Part shown: positions 25,633 to 40,309 of the stretch, in pieces
How positions within the stretch are numbered: the stretch's first letter is position 1
How the letters are laid out: each line of letters begins with the position of its first letter
Source of the DNA: Octopus vulgaris
Taxonomy: Eukaryota
NCBI GenBank assembly: GCA_951406725.2
Contig: OX597831.1
Span: 28,086,001-28,150,000, forward strand
Length of the DNA stretch: 64,000 nucleotides
Direction of reading: 5' to 3'
Notes under the pieces: model-generated
Seen by the model: only the letters and a program-made list of their open reading frames with translations
Database searches by the model: none
What the model was told of the DNA's origin: nothing
Program-made: the position numbers and the translations under genes

Positions 25633-25866
25633 TATTTCTTTATTACCCACAAGGGGCTAAACATAGAGGGGACAAACATGGACAGACATAGGTATTAAGT
25701 CGATTATATTGACCCCAGTGCGTAACTGGTACTTAATTTATCGACCCCGAAAGGATGAAAGGCGAAGTCGACCTCGGCAGAGTTTGAACTCAGAACGTAA
25801 CGGCAGACTAAATACGGCTACGCATTTCGCCCGGTGTGCTTATGATTCTGCCAGCTCACCTACGCC
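25633..25866 (-). mobile_element. SINE family C
   Basis: Closely similar to 43818-44050. Confidence 0.85.
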
Positions 25867-26011
25867 TTGTGTGTGTATATCTGCATGCCTCTGTGTGTGG
25901 AGTTGTGTGTATACATACATGTTTAATTATATATATATTTACTTATATATGTCTGCATGTGTGTATATGTCTATATATGTGTATGTATGTATCTATCTAG
26001 CTATCTATCTG

Positions 26012-26073
<62 letters not shown>

Positions 26074-26591
26074 CATCTATCTCTGTAACTATATCTTTAT
26101 ATATACTTACATATATACTTTACATATATATCAGATTAAAATGGATTAAAATGGACTTAGAAATTTGAGTGATTTCCTCAGTCAGCTCTCCTGCAAATAC
26201 TGCCAAGCATAATACACAGAAACGGAGAGTTCTCACTGAAGGAAACCATTCCATACAAACTGAAATTCCAAGGATAATTTATTGATCACAGACCATAATA
26301 CAATAAGTCCAAGAATGGAAATTATGGCATTACATTTATATACTCCATTACAATGGTTTCAATAAACACGTGGTCTAAACAACTATATATCATAATTTTC
26401 CAAGTGTCATTTGTATTGCCTTTTTGATCTTTGTCTAATGAGACGAACATGGATCACATATAATATGTTGTAAGATCACATAATCGTTATTTGCATTTAT
26501 GATGTATCTGAACCATGCATGGTTGAGACAATCATAATGAAGCTATAATTGCAATACCATTGTGTGTGTGTGTGTGTACACGTACATAAGT

Positions 26592-27014
26592 GGGTGCTGA
26601 AAAGTTCCTGGTTTTATGGGTATTGCGAGAGGTGTGGTTGGAGGCCAAACATTTAGAGTGATTTTGCAAAGCTTAGATTAACTGAAGCACTGAAGTGTGA
26701 ATCTGAAAGGGAGATATGTTGCATTAACCCTTTAGTATTTAAACCGGTCATATCCGGCCAAAATAGTTAATCTGTTTTATGTTCAAACTGATCAGATCCA
26801 GGCTCTCACACCTACCCTACAATGTTATTCTACATTAGGTAATTACACCATCAAGATCTTGAAGATATGAGATAATGCATGATTAACTCAAATCAATGAG
26901 AATCAAAAGGTATTATGTTTGATAGAATAATCTGAACGCTAAAGGGTTAAATCAAAATTAACTGATCCTCCTGTAATTTCTTTTACCCATAGGCAAGAAC
27001 TTTTCAGCATCCCC
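26592..27014. mobile_element. Mariner-type MITE hosting a piggyBac-like MITE
   Basis: Inverted termini gggtgctgaaaagttcctgg / caagaacttttcagcatccc. Confidence 0.65.
26728..26946. mobile_element. piggyBac-like MITE (TTAA TSD, CCC/GGG ends)
   Basis: TTAA|CCCTTTAG ... CTAAAGGG|TTAA. Confidence 0.75.
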
Positions 27015-27024
27015 ATCATATATA

Positions 27025-27605
27025 TCATCATCATCGTCGTTTAACGTCCACTTTCCATGCTAGCATGGGTTGGACGATTTGACAGGGCTGGCGAACCAGA
27101 TGGCTGCACCAGGCTTCATTCAATCTTGATCTGGTAGAGTTTCTATAGGTGGATGCCCTTCCTAACGTAAACCACTCCGAGAGTGTAGTGGGTGCTTTTA
27201 TGTGCCACTGGCACGGAGTCAGTCAGGCGGTACTGGCAATGACCACGCTCGAATCTTTTACACATGCCACCGGCACAGGTGCCAGTAAGGCGATGCTAGT
27301 AACAATCACGCTCGAATGGTGTCTTTTACGTGCCACCGGCACAGAGGCCAGATAGCCGCTCTGGCAATGATCACGCTCGGATGGTGATCTTAATACCCTA
27401 CTAGCACAGGGCTTGAGTGCCAGCAAGGTGACGCTGGTAATGATCACACTCAAATGGTGCCTATCATCATCATTTAGCGTCCGTTTTCCATGCTAGCATG
27501 GGTTGGACGGTTTAACTGGGGTCTGTGAAGCCGGAAGGCTTCATCAGGCCCAGTCAGATTTGGCAGTGTTTCTACGGCTGGATGCCCTTCCTAACGCCAA
27601 CCACT
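27025..27605 (-). mobile_element. SINE-like family D (RTE-type tail ending in (GAT)n, internal tandem units), two adjacent copies
   Basis: catcgtttaacgtcc.ctttccatgctagcatgggttggacg; related copies at 52615-53010, 54490-54990, 59510-59790 and 61075-61300. Confidence 0.7.
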
Positions 27606-27769
27606 ATATATATATTCTTTTACTTGTTTCAGACATTTGACTGTGGCCATGCTGGAGCATTGCCTCAAGAGGTTTTAGTTGAAGAAATCAACCCCAGGAC
27701 TTATTCTATGTAAACCTAGCCCTTTTTCTGTTGGATATCTTTCTAAGATCCTGCTTGCTGAAGACTTCC

Positions 27770-28060
27770 TAGTAGGATAGAGATGGAGCAAGGCGAGGTG
27801 AATGTAGGAATTTTAAGATGGTGGTGGGTTCTCATAACTAAGCTAATCAAAAGATTATATGAAAAGTTCCATATATAGAAACAGAGCAGAGATTCACAAG
27901 GTCTTAAAGTAAATTTAGCAAAGGCAAATGTTTTTGTGAGGAAAATAGACAACAGAACTTTACTGCCATCAGGACAGTCAATATACTAGAAAAGATGTAG
28001 GTAGGAATTCTATTCAGTGTCTGTAATGTCAATTATTCTCTGTAGACAAAAAATGTAGGA
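27770..28060 (+). pseudogene. Highly decayed RTE-like LINE fragment
   Basis: GLKVNLAK and VGRNSIQC motifs parallel the 63650-63790 part of the RTE fragment. Confidence 0.45.
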
Positions 28061-29939
28061 TTGATTTGACTAGTTTCTGGTCTTCTTTCTGGTTCATCAG
28101 AGAAAGAACAGCCATAAAGAAACAAATATAGCTGTTAGTTGTGTGTTTGTGTGTGTGTGAGTGAGTGTGTGTGCATGTGTGTGTGTATTGTACATACACA
28201 CACATACACATATGGTGAGAGAGAGGGAGAGGGGACTAACACTCATCTAAACTGGTTTTTCTGTTTTGCATAAAGTTACATATGCTGACAATGCAATTTA
28301 ATTAATGTAACGGTGAATGCACACACACACACACACACACACATTCATACAAACATATATGTATAGACACACATGCACTGATTTTCTCCATTATTAGTCT
28401 CCATAAATAATGCAACTTAATATATGCACCACCACCACCACCACCACCACTACCACCATCATCACAACTATAAACATCATCACCAACAGCTTTGCAATTA
28501 CCACCACCATCAACACCACCAAATTACTATCATCTTCAGTATCACCACCACTACCACTATCACCACCACCACCACCACCACCCATCAACGTAAAGTGCAC
28601 CTGTTCCTTGTATGTACATTAGAGTGCAACCAGGCGTGATGACAACCCATGGAGGACAGAGAGAGAATAGAATAGACAAGGAGGGGTGGGGAGGACAAGG
28701 AGATACAGCGAGAAAAAGAGAGACAGACAGAGTGCGAGAGAGAGAGAGAGAGATAAGAAGGATGAAAGTGAGGGAGGAGCTGTGTTGGGTGGTGGTTCAT
28801 GTAAGATTACTGAATAAACAGATGTTTCAACTGACCTTTGACATGAGAGCAAGGTGAAGATGTACAAGGGTGGGAGAGGGATGTAGGATAAGGAGAGGGT
28901 GATTTTGAGGAAATTAATGGTGGGGTGGCAGAAGAAAGCTGTAAGACAGGTGAGAGTAGGGGGTTGACGAGAGGTTACCAGGTACATTAGTCTCTTCCAA
29001 AATAACTATCTTGCCTATGGTCTGAAATGTGCTTGCTTGCCCCTCTGTTTCTCTGCCTAGGGGTATGTTTGTTTTACACATATATGTGTGTATGTGTGTG
29101 TGTGTGCGCACATGTGTATGTGTGTGTGTATGTGTAAAAAATCTTGCAGATTTTTTTAGCCCCAGATATGGTGATCATTTGTAGTGTATGAATAAAGGAG
29201 TTTAATTCCCTCCCCAAGAACCCAAGTTCAGCCCTACTTTGCTCCAGATGGGTTGGTATGTATCATGTTGCTCCAATAATAACAGGTAAGAAGGTGGTGG
29301 TTAGCTAGCAGAGTTGTTACCGTGCCAGACAAAAGGCTTAGGGGCATTTTGTCCATCTTCATGTACTGAGTTCAAATCCTGCTGAGGTCAATTTTGCTTT
29401 CATTCTTTCAGGGTTAATAAAACAAGTACCAGTTGAGCACTGGGGTCAGTTTAATCAACTTACATCCTTTCCCAAAATTGCTGACCTTGTGCCAAACTTT
29501 GATACCTTTAATTACAGGTATGAAGCTAAAAGTGTATCTTGGGTACTGGATTTGCAAACTCCTTATCAATGCTCCTTAGATGTCCTGCTTCTCTTGTATT
29601 TTTCTAACCACATTCGTGTCCAGAGAGTTGCTGATTGCCACAAGCAGAACATATATTTTCCTTTTGGTCTCACACAACAATATCTTGCTTGTTGTGTTTT
29701 AACTTGGTGGCTCTTTTAATTGTGTGTATATACATATGCATGTATGTATGTATGTATGCATGCATGTATGTATATATGTATGCCTGTATATATATACACA
29801 CACACACATATATATAGTGAAGGTGTGTGGCTTAGTGGTTAAGTCATCCAACTCACGATTGTAAGGTCATGAGCTCACTTCTCGGTGATGTGTTGTATCC
29901 TTCAGCAAGACACTTTACATACATATATACTTATTTTTG

Positions 29940-30090
29940 AGAGCAGTCAGGTTCATTTTTAGTATTCTCGTTTGTGAGAGCAGTCGAGTTTATTTCAGAT
30001 ATTCTCATTTTAAAAATCATCTCTGGCTAATCGTTGAGAGGACGTTGGTCTTGCCTTGGCAGAGGTTTGCGCTCTCCGAGTGCTCTTGTT
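29940..30090 (+). mobile_element. Helentron/HINE-like terminus
   Basis: ccttggcagaggtttgcgctctccgagtgctcttgtt resembles known Helentron-associated ends (recalled, not searched). Confidence 0.4.
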
Positions 30091-31915
30091 TTAACTTATT
30101 TTCCCTTATATTTCAGCACGACTAAGTTGTTTTTTAAGCGACTGAAACTGCTGGCATATTTCGATAAAAGAATTTAAATACCTTCTTTCTTGTATCCATG
30201 ATAAAATTCTCAAAGAATTTTCCTTTTGTTTTATAATATAAATTTATTTGTGTGAAAACCTGTTCATCTTTGCAATAACAAACAAATAAACAATCTCACA
30301 CACACGTGTGTACATATGTATAAATGTAATTGTGTGTGTTTGTGTGTGTGTGTGCATTTAAAGTGAATTCTTTTTCTTGCTACACAAGTTTCATGCTGCT
30401 GGAATCTTCAAACCAGAACTGTTTTACTTTCCATTCATGCTCACTTTATGTATAGTGGTGTGAGCAGTTACTATCTGAAGATTACTATGGTGGAAAGTTT
30501 GAATCATGAGAAAAAAAATTTAGTCTAAATGGATAATTTACTCAGCCACAAGTATTGAGTACTTTTTTCCTCTTTGTTGACAAACTAGAAATTTGAATTA
30601 TTTACTGATACACACACACACACACAACCTATGTTATCACCACTACGAAGACTAACCACAAGGTGATAGGAAAACGGTGATGAATAATACATAATGTCAT
30701 TTGTGTGTGTGTGTGTGTGCATGCATGTGTTAGTGTGTGTGTGCTGAGTGCGTTTGTCTCTATGTCATGGAATATTTTCTCTCTTGCCTCACCCACACCC
30801 CTGCGTCTCTTCATGTCAAATAAATTTCTGACTATGAAATAATACAAATTACATTCTTTCTTCTATGTTTTGACTTGTTTCAGTCATTGGACTATGGCCA
30901 TGCTGGTGCACTTTTTGCTGAACTTCTAAGTTAGGGGGATGTAAGCATACCAGCACCAGGTGGCAAACAAATGGGATGGAAGACAAAATCACAAACACAC
31001 ACACGCACAATACATACACACATACAACAAATGTGCACACTCACGTACACACACACACACATATCACAGGCTTCTACACAGTTTCCATCTACCAAATTAT
31101 TTCATAAATTAAATCATAAATTAGTTCCCCCCTGTGGAATTGAACTGAGAAGCACATGGCTGTAAAGTGGATTTCTTGACCACAAAACCATGTCTGTACC
31201 TTCATTCAATAGTTCTTTCTTTCTTTCTTATTTTCTTCCTCCCTTTCTTCTTTCCTTTCTTCCTTCATTCAATAGTTTTCCTTTCTTTCTTTGTCTTAAT
31301 TCCTTTTATTCCTTCTTTTTCTTCATCTTTTCATCTTCCTTCCTTTCTTTCTTCTTCCCTTCTGCCATTTTTTCCTTTATTAAATTGTTCTTTCTTTCTT
31401 AGTTCCTTTCTCTCTCCCTCCCATATTTCTCTTTTTCTTTATTTCTTTCTTAGTTCCTCTCTCCCTTATTTCTTTCTCTTTCTCTCTTCCTTCTTCACTT
31501 CCTCTCTTTTATATCATTGCAATTTCAACCTCCTCACATAAAACATCTCCAATAATTCCTGTTGGCACAAATCTTTCTTTGATTTGCAGAAAAGTCTACA
31601 AGTTTTGCTGGAGCCAGCACTTAAAAATTCCATCTTCTTGAGAAGATTTTAGCATCTGAAAATGAAGAATTACTTGTGATATTTACTGTACAAGCTGTTT
31701 GTTCTTAGGAATGGTAGTCCAAGATTCTACAGACACAGTCTTTATTCTATGTCAAGAGATGGTTAACAATCACTTTAGCGCCAGTTAAATCGCCTCAGTT
31801 AACAATATCTAAGATTTGGCTTTTACAACAATCTGGTTCTGTGGTTCTGTCTTTCTTCCAGCTCTTTGGTGAACCGTTTAGTATTCACTACTACTGTTAC
31901 CACAGCTGGCACTGG

Positions 31916-31946
<31 letters not shown>

Positions 31947-33499
31947 TGGTCTTGGAGAAATAACTGTTTCTTTAAGTGTTTCTCAGAAGATTTGTTGCTT
32001 TCTGTGGAATATGAGATATGTTATAAACTACACACACACATGCATATGCACACAGATATACACACACATATACATACATACACACACAAGCACACATACA
32101 TTCATTCACATATATTGATAAACATATATACATATGTATATCTACATACATATACACATGTATAAGTGTGCATGTATGTATATATGTATGGTGTACCTAG
32201 CTGTAGTCAAGTGTTTCAAGTGCAATCGTGAATTGGTATTTAATGAGTTATTGTTGGTATTGTAGTAGTTGTTGTTGTCGTTGTTGCTATTGCTAATAAC
32301 AACAGTGGTTATTGTTGTTTAGCCCTAGGCCAGTCTAACAGAGTACTGACCTATGATCAAAGACAATCCAGCCATGACCATACTATCTTACTTTCAACCA
32401 ATGCAGGTTAGAAACTACATTGTTTAATGTGTCCTTCTTTCAAAAACGTATTAAGGTGTTGTTTGAGGACAATTTGGCTGTTATTTCTAGCAACCTGAGT
32501 GATCATGACTGGCAATCATTCTACTGATGGTGGTGGTAGTGGTGTTGGCAATGGCGGTGGTGGCGGCAGTGGTGGTGGTGGTGGTGATGGTGGTGGCAGT
32601 CAGTGAAGGACTGGTAGTGGTAGAGGTGATGGGGGATTTTATGATGCTGTTATTAGTGATGGCTATTGTAATGGCTATTGTGATAGTTTTGCTAGTGGTG
32701 GTGTGGTTGTGGCCAGTATATTGTTTGTAGTAGAGGTGGTTGTTTTGTGGTGGTGTTGTTTGTTGTGGTAATGCTAATGGTCATGGTAGGGTGGTTACTG
32801 GAATAGAAGGGTGGCGATGGTGGTGGTGTTGATGGTAGTGGTGGTGGTTATGCTGGTTGTGACAGTCAGGGTAGTAGAGTGGTAATGGTGGTCATCGTCG
32901 TCGCGACAGTGATGGTCAGTATAGTGGTTGTGGTGATGGTGGTGATGGTGATAATGACGGTGGTGATGGTGATAATGATGGTGGTAATGGTGGCGGTAAT
33001 GGTGGTGGTGGTGCTGTACTATTACTTCCAGATAATTCTGTACTTACATTAAACTCTACAAAAAAATCTGACCAAATACTTTAATTCAAGTGATAAGTTC
33101 CGGGTCAGTTTGATATCATGAGAAGTGGGGGTGAGTGTGTGTGGCACTTTGGCCATTAGTTAATTGGTGCCAGATCTTAGCGAATGCTTTCTCTACATAA
33201 TTAGATATCAAGTGAATGAAGAGAAATAGACCCACATATACCAATGCCATGGATCTGGATAATAAAACCAAGACATCATAAAATAAAAGATGGTCAGTTT
33301 CAAGAAAGGGTAATGCTTCTGAACTAACACTGGACATGCTGCAAAACCATGAAAATTAAGTCTGCAACCGTTTCTTGTCCCATGGATTTGTTTCTTATAA
33401 AACAATTTTTTCACAGACCTTGAAACCATGAACATAACAACATACAAAGTGCTATAAGATATAATTCAATTATTACATATAATAATACTTAAATTTTAT

Positions 33500-33805
33500 G
33501 TGGCTCAGTGGTAAGAGTATCAGGCTCATAATTATGAGGTAGTGAGTTTAATTTCCAGACTGGGCTGCGTGTTATGTTCTTGAGCAAGACACTTTATTTC
33601 ACATTGCTCCAGTTCACTCAGTTGTAGAAATGAGTTATGGCATCACTGGTTCCAAGCTGTATCAGCCTTTGCTCTTCCCTTGGATAACATCGGTGGCATA
33701 GAGAGGGGAGGCTGATATGCATGGGCAGCTGTTAGTCTTCCATAAACAACCTATCCAGGACTTATGCCTTGGAGGGTAACTTTCTAGGTGCAATTCCATG
33801 GTCAT
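33500..33805 (+). mobile_element. SINE (family A head, alternative tail)
   Basis: Reverse-complement homologue at 58500-58828. Confidence 0.75.
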
Positions 33806-35007
33806 GCACCTAAATTATCAACACAATTTTGCCATTTTATCAGTAGGTTATTTATGCCAGCAGCAAAGAATTCTGGAGAGCAAGAGGTGATGAAATCACG
33901 AAAGGCTGTTTTTGCATCTCCTTCAGAATTGAAGTGTTTTCTTGGCAAAAAGTTGTCTAATGCCTGGAAAACATGATAGTCAGTTGGTGCAAGGTCTGGT
34001 GAATATGGTAAATGACAGAGTACTTCCAAGTTCAGTTCTTGTAACTTGAGTAGCATTCTTTCTGCAACATCTGGTCGGGCATTGTCTTGCAAAAGAATTG
34101 ATCTGTTTCTATCGACCAATCTCAGTTGTTTAATTGCAAGTTCACTCATCATTTCATCCAATTGGTTGTTGTATACATCTGCTGTAATTGACTTACCAAG
34201 CCTCATGAAGCTGCTGTGGATAGTATCAGCGCTGGACTACCAAACAGACACCATTAGCTCTTTTTGATGAATATTCTTTTTGGGATTGTGTTTTGGCATT
34301 TCGTCTCTAACCAGTCACCATTCAGAACACTTGCTATTGTTGAAAAGAATCTATTTTTCATCACACATAACAATACAATGCAAAAATGGTTCACTTTTAT
34401 GCCATGCCAGCAAAGAACAACAAGTTTTAAGATGACATGTCATTTGATGTTTGTTCAATTCATGTGGTACCCACTTGTCCAACTACTTCACATTGCCGAT
34501 TTGTTCCAGATGGTCCAATACAGTTGGAATCGTAACATCAAACCTGGCTGCTAACTCATGCATAGTTTGAGATGTATCTGCTTTCACTACAGTTTCTAGC
34601 TCATCATTATCCACCATAGTCTCGGGAATACCACAGAGCTGATTTCCAAGAGTAAAGTCACCAAACCGGATCTTCTCAAACCACTGACATACAGTGCACT
34701 CATTCGCCACACCTTCACCAAACACCTAAATGATGTTTTGAGCTGTCTGGGATGCACTGGATCCATGATGGAACTCATTTTCATAAGCAACATGAATTTT
34801 TGATCTATCCGTAAGGTTGCAAGAAATGGATTTCAAGAGAAAACTCACAATATAATCAGACACCATGAATTGCATTTTGAAAAGTGATGATGTAAACTCT
34901 TCAATGATGTGAAACAAAGAACTGTCAAGATAAAACATTAGAGTTAACGACTGTCAAACTTTATGCATCAGAAAATCGGACATTTCATTCTTAATGATGA
35001 CCTGTTA
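33802..35007 (-). mobile_element. Near-full-length decayed mariner (DD34D-type) transposon
   Basis: ORFs with ILLQDNARP, HLPYSPDLAPTDYHVF, CQWFEKIRFGDF and ELAARFDVT; TIR-like end at ~34975-35007. Confidence 0.92.
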
Positions 35008-35014
35008 TATAAAG

Positions 35015-35050
<36 letters not shown>

Positions 35051-35513
35051 GTTGAACTAGGGACAGCTGATGAAGGGGATTTTTCCTTGTGTAGTTGTCT
35101 TGTACTCTGTTTTTTCGTTGTTAAAAAAATGGTCCGTTCCATGCTGTTTTTACTTTTTTGTTTCTCGTTGAGTTCTACGTCTATTTATGGTGTCCTGTAC
35201 ACACGTATATATATTTATATATGCATGTATATATACATGTAGATGTAGGTACGTACATATATGTTTGTATGTATGCATATATTTTATTTATTACACTATT
35301 GTATGACTGAGCGCCCTCGCGTCGATTCAATTCGATTTGTTTAGTTTCGTTTCTTTTTCTTCCCTAAGCTGGTTTATATATATATATATATATATATATA
35401 AATGTATACATATATATACACACACAGACATACATATATATACACACACACATATATATATACACAAACACACATATATATATACATACATACATACATA
35501 CATACATACATAC

Positions 35514-35547
<34 letters not shown>

Positions 35548-35780
35548 TACACACACTCATATATCCATGAATGTCCTCTATACATCTTGCCCCATTATGC
35601 ATGTTTGTGAAACTAAACAATGAAAGCCCTTACACACAAAATTCAAAAACTTCATCCCAAAAGATTCATGTTCTGTTTTTCTAAGATTTTTTTAGAATAG
35701 TTGATAATTTTTAAGAAAATATTGTGACTCAAGTATATTTTTGGCAAAAACTTTTAAATACATATATACAGATAGGTACG

Positions 35781-35830
<50 letters not shown>

Positions 35831-35888
35831 TATAGATAGGTACGTAGATAGATAGATAAATAGATAGATAGATAGATAAATAGGTACG

Positions 35889-35966
<78 letters not shown>

Positions 35967-36499
35967 TACACACAGACAGAGAGAGATATGTATATATATG
36001 CACACACACATATATATATATACTCACATACATATAAATATATATATATATACATCTCTCTCTCTCATATATATATATATTTATTTATTTATAAATATGG
36101 ATCAAAAGAGCACTGTAGTGGCAGTGGGGTTGGGCAGTGATATAATTTTACTGATGCAGATGTCATAGAGATAAAGTGGAGTGGGGTTCAAGTGTGAACC
36201 ATGGTTATGGGAACGAGGGGGGGTCTTTATTATTAGGTGGGGACGTAGCTAGAAGTTGAACAAAGATACAAAAATCAACATTCACTTATAAATATAGGAG
36301 TGGGCCCAGTGGGCAGTGTAGCTATGTTGGTGGCAGTGATAGTAGTGGTGATGGTGGTGGTGATGGTTACTCAGATATAGTTACAGGGATGATGGTAGTG
36401 ATGATGGTGGTGGAACACTGGACCCCTGGATAAAGTTTGGAGATAAGTATATATAGATAAATATTTATCTTGTATGGTACTTTGTTGTTGATAATCTTG

Positions 36500-36810
36500 A
36501 AGATATTGATGGCGGTGGTGGTGGTGGTGGTGGCAGTAGTTGTGGTGATGGTAGGTAGTGTTGCTGGGTGCAGGGGTGGTGATGATGATGAGGAGGAGGA
36601 TGATTATAATGATGATGAGGAGGAGGAAGATAATGATAATGATGATGGCAATAGTGGTGATGCTGGTGATGATGAGCATGATGATGATGGCAATGGTGGT
36701 GGAGGTGATGGTGATGGTGGTGATGATGGTCATGATAGTCATGATGATTGTGATGTTGATGTTGGTGGTGTTGGTGATAGTGATGATGATGATGATGATG
36801 ATGATGTTAG
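36500..36810. repeat. (GAT/GGT/GAG)n tract
   Basis: Direct. Confidence 0.9.
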
Positions 36811-36999
36811 TTTATGTATTTTATGTATATAACAGCAGTTGTTGCTGTTGTTGTTTTTAATAAATCAGAAAGTAGAGGAAAAACTCATGGCTGGATTGAA
36901 CTGAGATAAAAGTGTCAAAATATGAAATATGGACAGTTTCTCTTTCCTCCTCACTGACCTAGATTAAATGCCATACACACACACACACATGTATGAATG

Positions 37000-37045
<46 letters not shown>

Positions 37046-37051
37046 TATTGC

Positions 37052-37082
<31 letters not shown>

Positions 37083-37227
37083 CACATATATATATACATA
37101 CACACATACATATACATACACACATACATTCATATATACATATATATGTTTAACCCATGCCAGCTTGGAAACCCAGGGATGTTAAATGATGGTGATGACA
37201 CACAATACACACACACACAGACACACA

Positions 37228-37306
<79 letters not shown>

Positions 37307-37635
37307 GTGTGTATGTGTGCATATTTGTTTACAATTGCTCACTACAAATGTCACAAGTTCCAGAGTTTTGGGGTCACAGATTGTTTCCTTCATGCTTTCA
37401 AAGCCAAGTGAAATAAGGGATCTCTCTTACTCCAGAAAGACAAAAAAATACAAGAAGAAAAAAATGGTAAGTGACAGCAAAAGACATATATATGGCTGTA
37501 AAATAATGCCTAAATAATATATATGTCCAACCCATGCTAGCATGGAAACTGAGTTCTACCTTTTAGATTCTCTACAAGAACATGCTCTATCCCAAAATCT
37601 CCCCTCATACCTTAACCTTCATCTTAAATTCCATA

Positions 37636-37951
37636 TTAAATTCCGCTATAATCGTAATGTACACCATCTTAAAGGTATTTGAAGAAAATTTCATTAAAAA
37701 TATACCCATCTTCCTGGAAATTATCAGGAAAGAAAGTCGGGGACACAATTGTGTGGGTCTGCCATTTTATGCACCTTTGAGTTCTTAAACACCCTTTGTA
37801 ACATGCTGGTTGGTACCATAACATAGTTACAAGGTGTCCGGTATTGCTCCTCCAACTGTATGAACTCTTAGCCAGGCAATTTCAGGACAGGAAACCTGGA
37901 GGTTCCAACCAGAAACGATACTTCACTCTTGATATATTCACACAGAATATT
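37636..37951 (+). repeat. Copy 1 of a ~315-bp direct duplication (copy 2 at 43477-43790)
   Basis: Colinear match with scattered substitutions. Confidence 0.92.
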
Positions 37952-39528
37952 TCATTGTAAACAATCGTCTCACAGTACGGAATGATGGTGGTGAGGGGTA
38001 ATACTAAGGCTCGGTAAATAAAACTTGTACATGAAATATTCTTTTCTTCTATAGGATGAAGGCTTGAAATTTGTGGGAATGAGTAGTCGATCATATCTTG
38101 AGTGGCCTTTATTTTATCAACAACAAAAGGATCAAGGGAACCATCGGCCTCGGTGGAATTTGAACTCAGATTGCAAAGGTGTACGAAATGTCGCCGGCGT
38201 GCTAACAAATCTGCTGCTCACCGGGTTATGGACATGAATAATGGTTACTCAACATATATAGTCCATAGGTATATGGAGAGAATAAGTTATAAACTGGGTA
38301 AGTGTTTAAATAAAACACAAGTTTGCTGCTATTAAAATGTTTCATAATGTTTTCTTGAAATTTCAGGAACTTCTGTACGTCTGCGACCGCGGTACATCAG
38401 TCTACATTTCCTCTACATACACGTATTGTACCTTTTTCGAATCAGAATGATTCCTGGATTGAAAATCTGCCCTTCATTTGATTCTTGATCATTCAGTATT
38501 GGGATGTGATTTAAAAGCATTTGGGTTGCTGCTGCTGCTGGAAAGTAAGAGTTGGCTCATGGTGCAGGGTTGTTTGAAGACCGCGAGAGAGTTAAGCGGG
38601 GATTAGTATAAGAGGTTTGTAAAGGACCCCAACTTGCGGCTGCTGGAATGCCTGCTGGAGGCAAGAAAGTTTATTAAAGACTCATTTATGTAACTGTTTT
38701 TAATTGTAATGGACATTTTAGTCCAGAAAAGTGTTATAAAATTGTAAGAGGGTTAATACCTCATTTAGTATTTTTAAAAAACAAGAACAATATTTTAGAG
38801 AAGCAAAAGTCGGCGGGCGCTTTTCGTCTTCTCCCATCCTTGTCATTCACTCATTAATGTCCGTGTCCAGCCCGCAAGCTACCTTACTCTATGTACTGCC
38901 TTTATGGCAAATTTGATAAAATAAAATAAAATAAAGTATGTGTTAAATTTGTAATGGACTTTGTAGTCCAAATAAATTGTATGTGTCGAAAAATTGTAAG
39001 AGGTTTAATACCTCAATGCATATGTTTAATATTGAAAATAATATTGAAAAATTGTAAGTGTTAATACCTCAATATATGTTTAAATATTGAAAAATATAAG
39101 AGGTTGAATACCTCAATGCATGTTTGTGAAAGAACAATGTTATAGAGAAGCAGAGGGACGGCGGACAGCTTTCTGTCTTCTCCCATCCTTATCATTTTCG
39201 TATACCATTATATTACCAAACTCGAATATCAAAGTTTAAAAGGTTTTAATCGACTAAAAATACAGCAATATACAATACAAACAAAGATTGCAAAAATTGT
39301 AAGCAAAACCAAACTTCAACGCAATAACATTTTTATGCAGCGAGTTGCTACATTCTTCTACTAAAATCAACGCTGAACATGTCGTCTGCAAACAGAACAT
39401 GTCGTCTGCTAAAAGAACAGAACTCCGTGCAGAGACAATCAAAATCACGTAATCAAAACTAAAATCACAACAAATGTCTTGTCCAGCCCGCAAAGCTACC
39501 TAATCTTTGTAACTGTCTTTATGACAAA

Positions 39529-39904
39529 CTAGCAGTATCGCCCAACGTTGCTCGGGTTTGTTTTCTTTTCGACCCTTTAGAATTGGAATTTTTGGAAACT
39601 AAAAATTTTGCATTATGTAGCTTGTTATTCTCTTTAAGTGAACATTTTTCTGGTTGAAATACACCGAAAAATGGCAACACAGCAGTCAAAAAAAAAGGTA
39701 AAAAATAGAGATTTTCATAGAAAAATCACCTTTTTGATGTAAATAATTTTTGGTGTTAACATGGTCTGATTTGAATCTTTTCTTCTACGGAATGAAGAGC
39801 AAGCCTTCTTCTATCATACTCTCAGGGTCTCGGAGGAGATAGAGTTAGTTGAAGGCTACCAAACCTACCATAAACAGACAACTTCAGCTTTATATATATA
39901 TAGA
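39529..39904 (-). mobile_element. Non-autonomous Helitron
   Basis: ctagcagtatcgccc..cgttgctcggg terminus and tatatataga terminus. Confidence 0.75.
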
Positions 39905-39918
39905 TTTCTTCTAAGGTA

Positions 39919-40309
39919 TTACGGAGATGTACTTGCATAGCAAGTGACCTGATTTGAGATCGTCTGCTGAAACAAAAACAAACTGCCGTATGGAAGGTGT
40001 TTATAAGCCATTTAAGAAACACTCTAAAATCGTTAGATTCACTTCAACATTTAAATTTAATTTGTCAAAATATTTTCGTCGCTTTGAGACCGCGACCTAT
40101 TTATTCACTGACAAAATTCCGTGCTGCATATCTTCTACTTGAACCCCTGGTCCTCCAATAACAAGCACGGAATTTTGTTAGTGAATAAATAGGTCGCGGT
40201 CTGAAAGCGACGAAAATATTTTGACAAATTAAATTTAAATGTTGAAGTGAATCTAACGATTTTAGAGTGTTTCTTAAATGGCTTACAAACACCTTCCACG
40301 CTACAATTG
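39919..40309. mobile_element. Fold-back Penelope-like remnant with 135-bp arms and a 12-bp flanking direct repeat
   Basis: Arms 39991-40125 and 40164-40298; tcttctaaggta at 39907-39918 and 40310-40321. Confidence 0.65.

Noticed and set aside
29489-29719. Possible host exon after ttacag
   Set aside because: No recognisable protein motif or partner exons; likewise for unique stretches at 17640-17920, 31540-31900, 33120-33470 and 58140-58480
30763-30787. miR-281-like sequence tgtcatggaat
   Set aside because: Only the 5' half matches and no pairing arm is visible
36470-36860. Acidic Asp-rich protein
   Set aside because: (GAT)n tract, open in several frames, no gene structure
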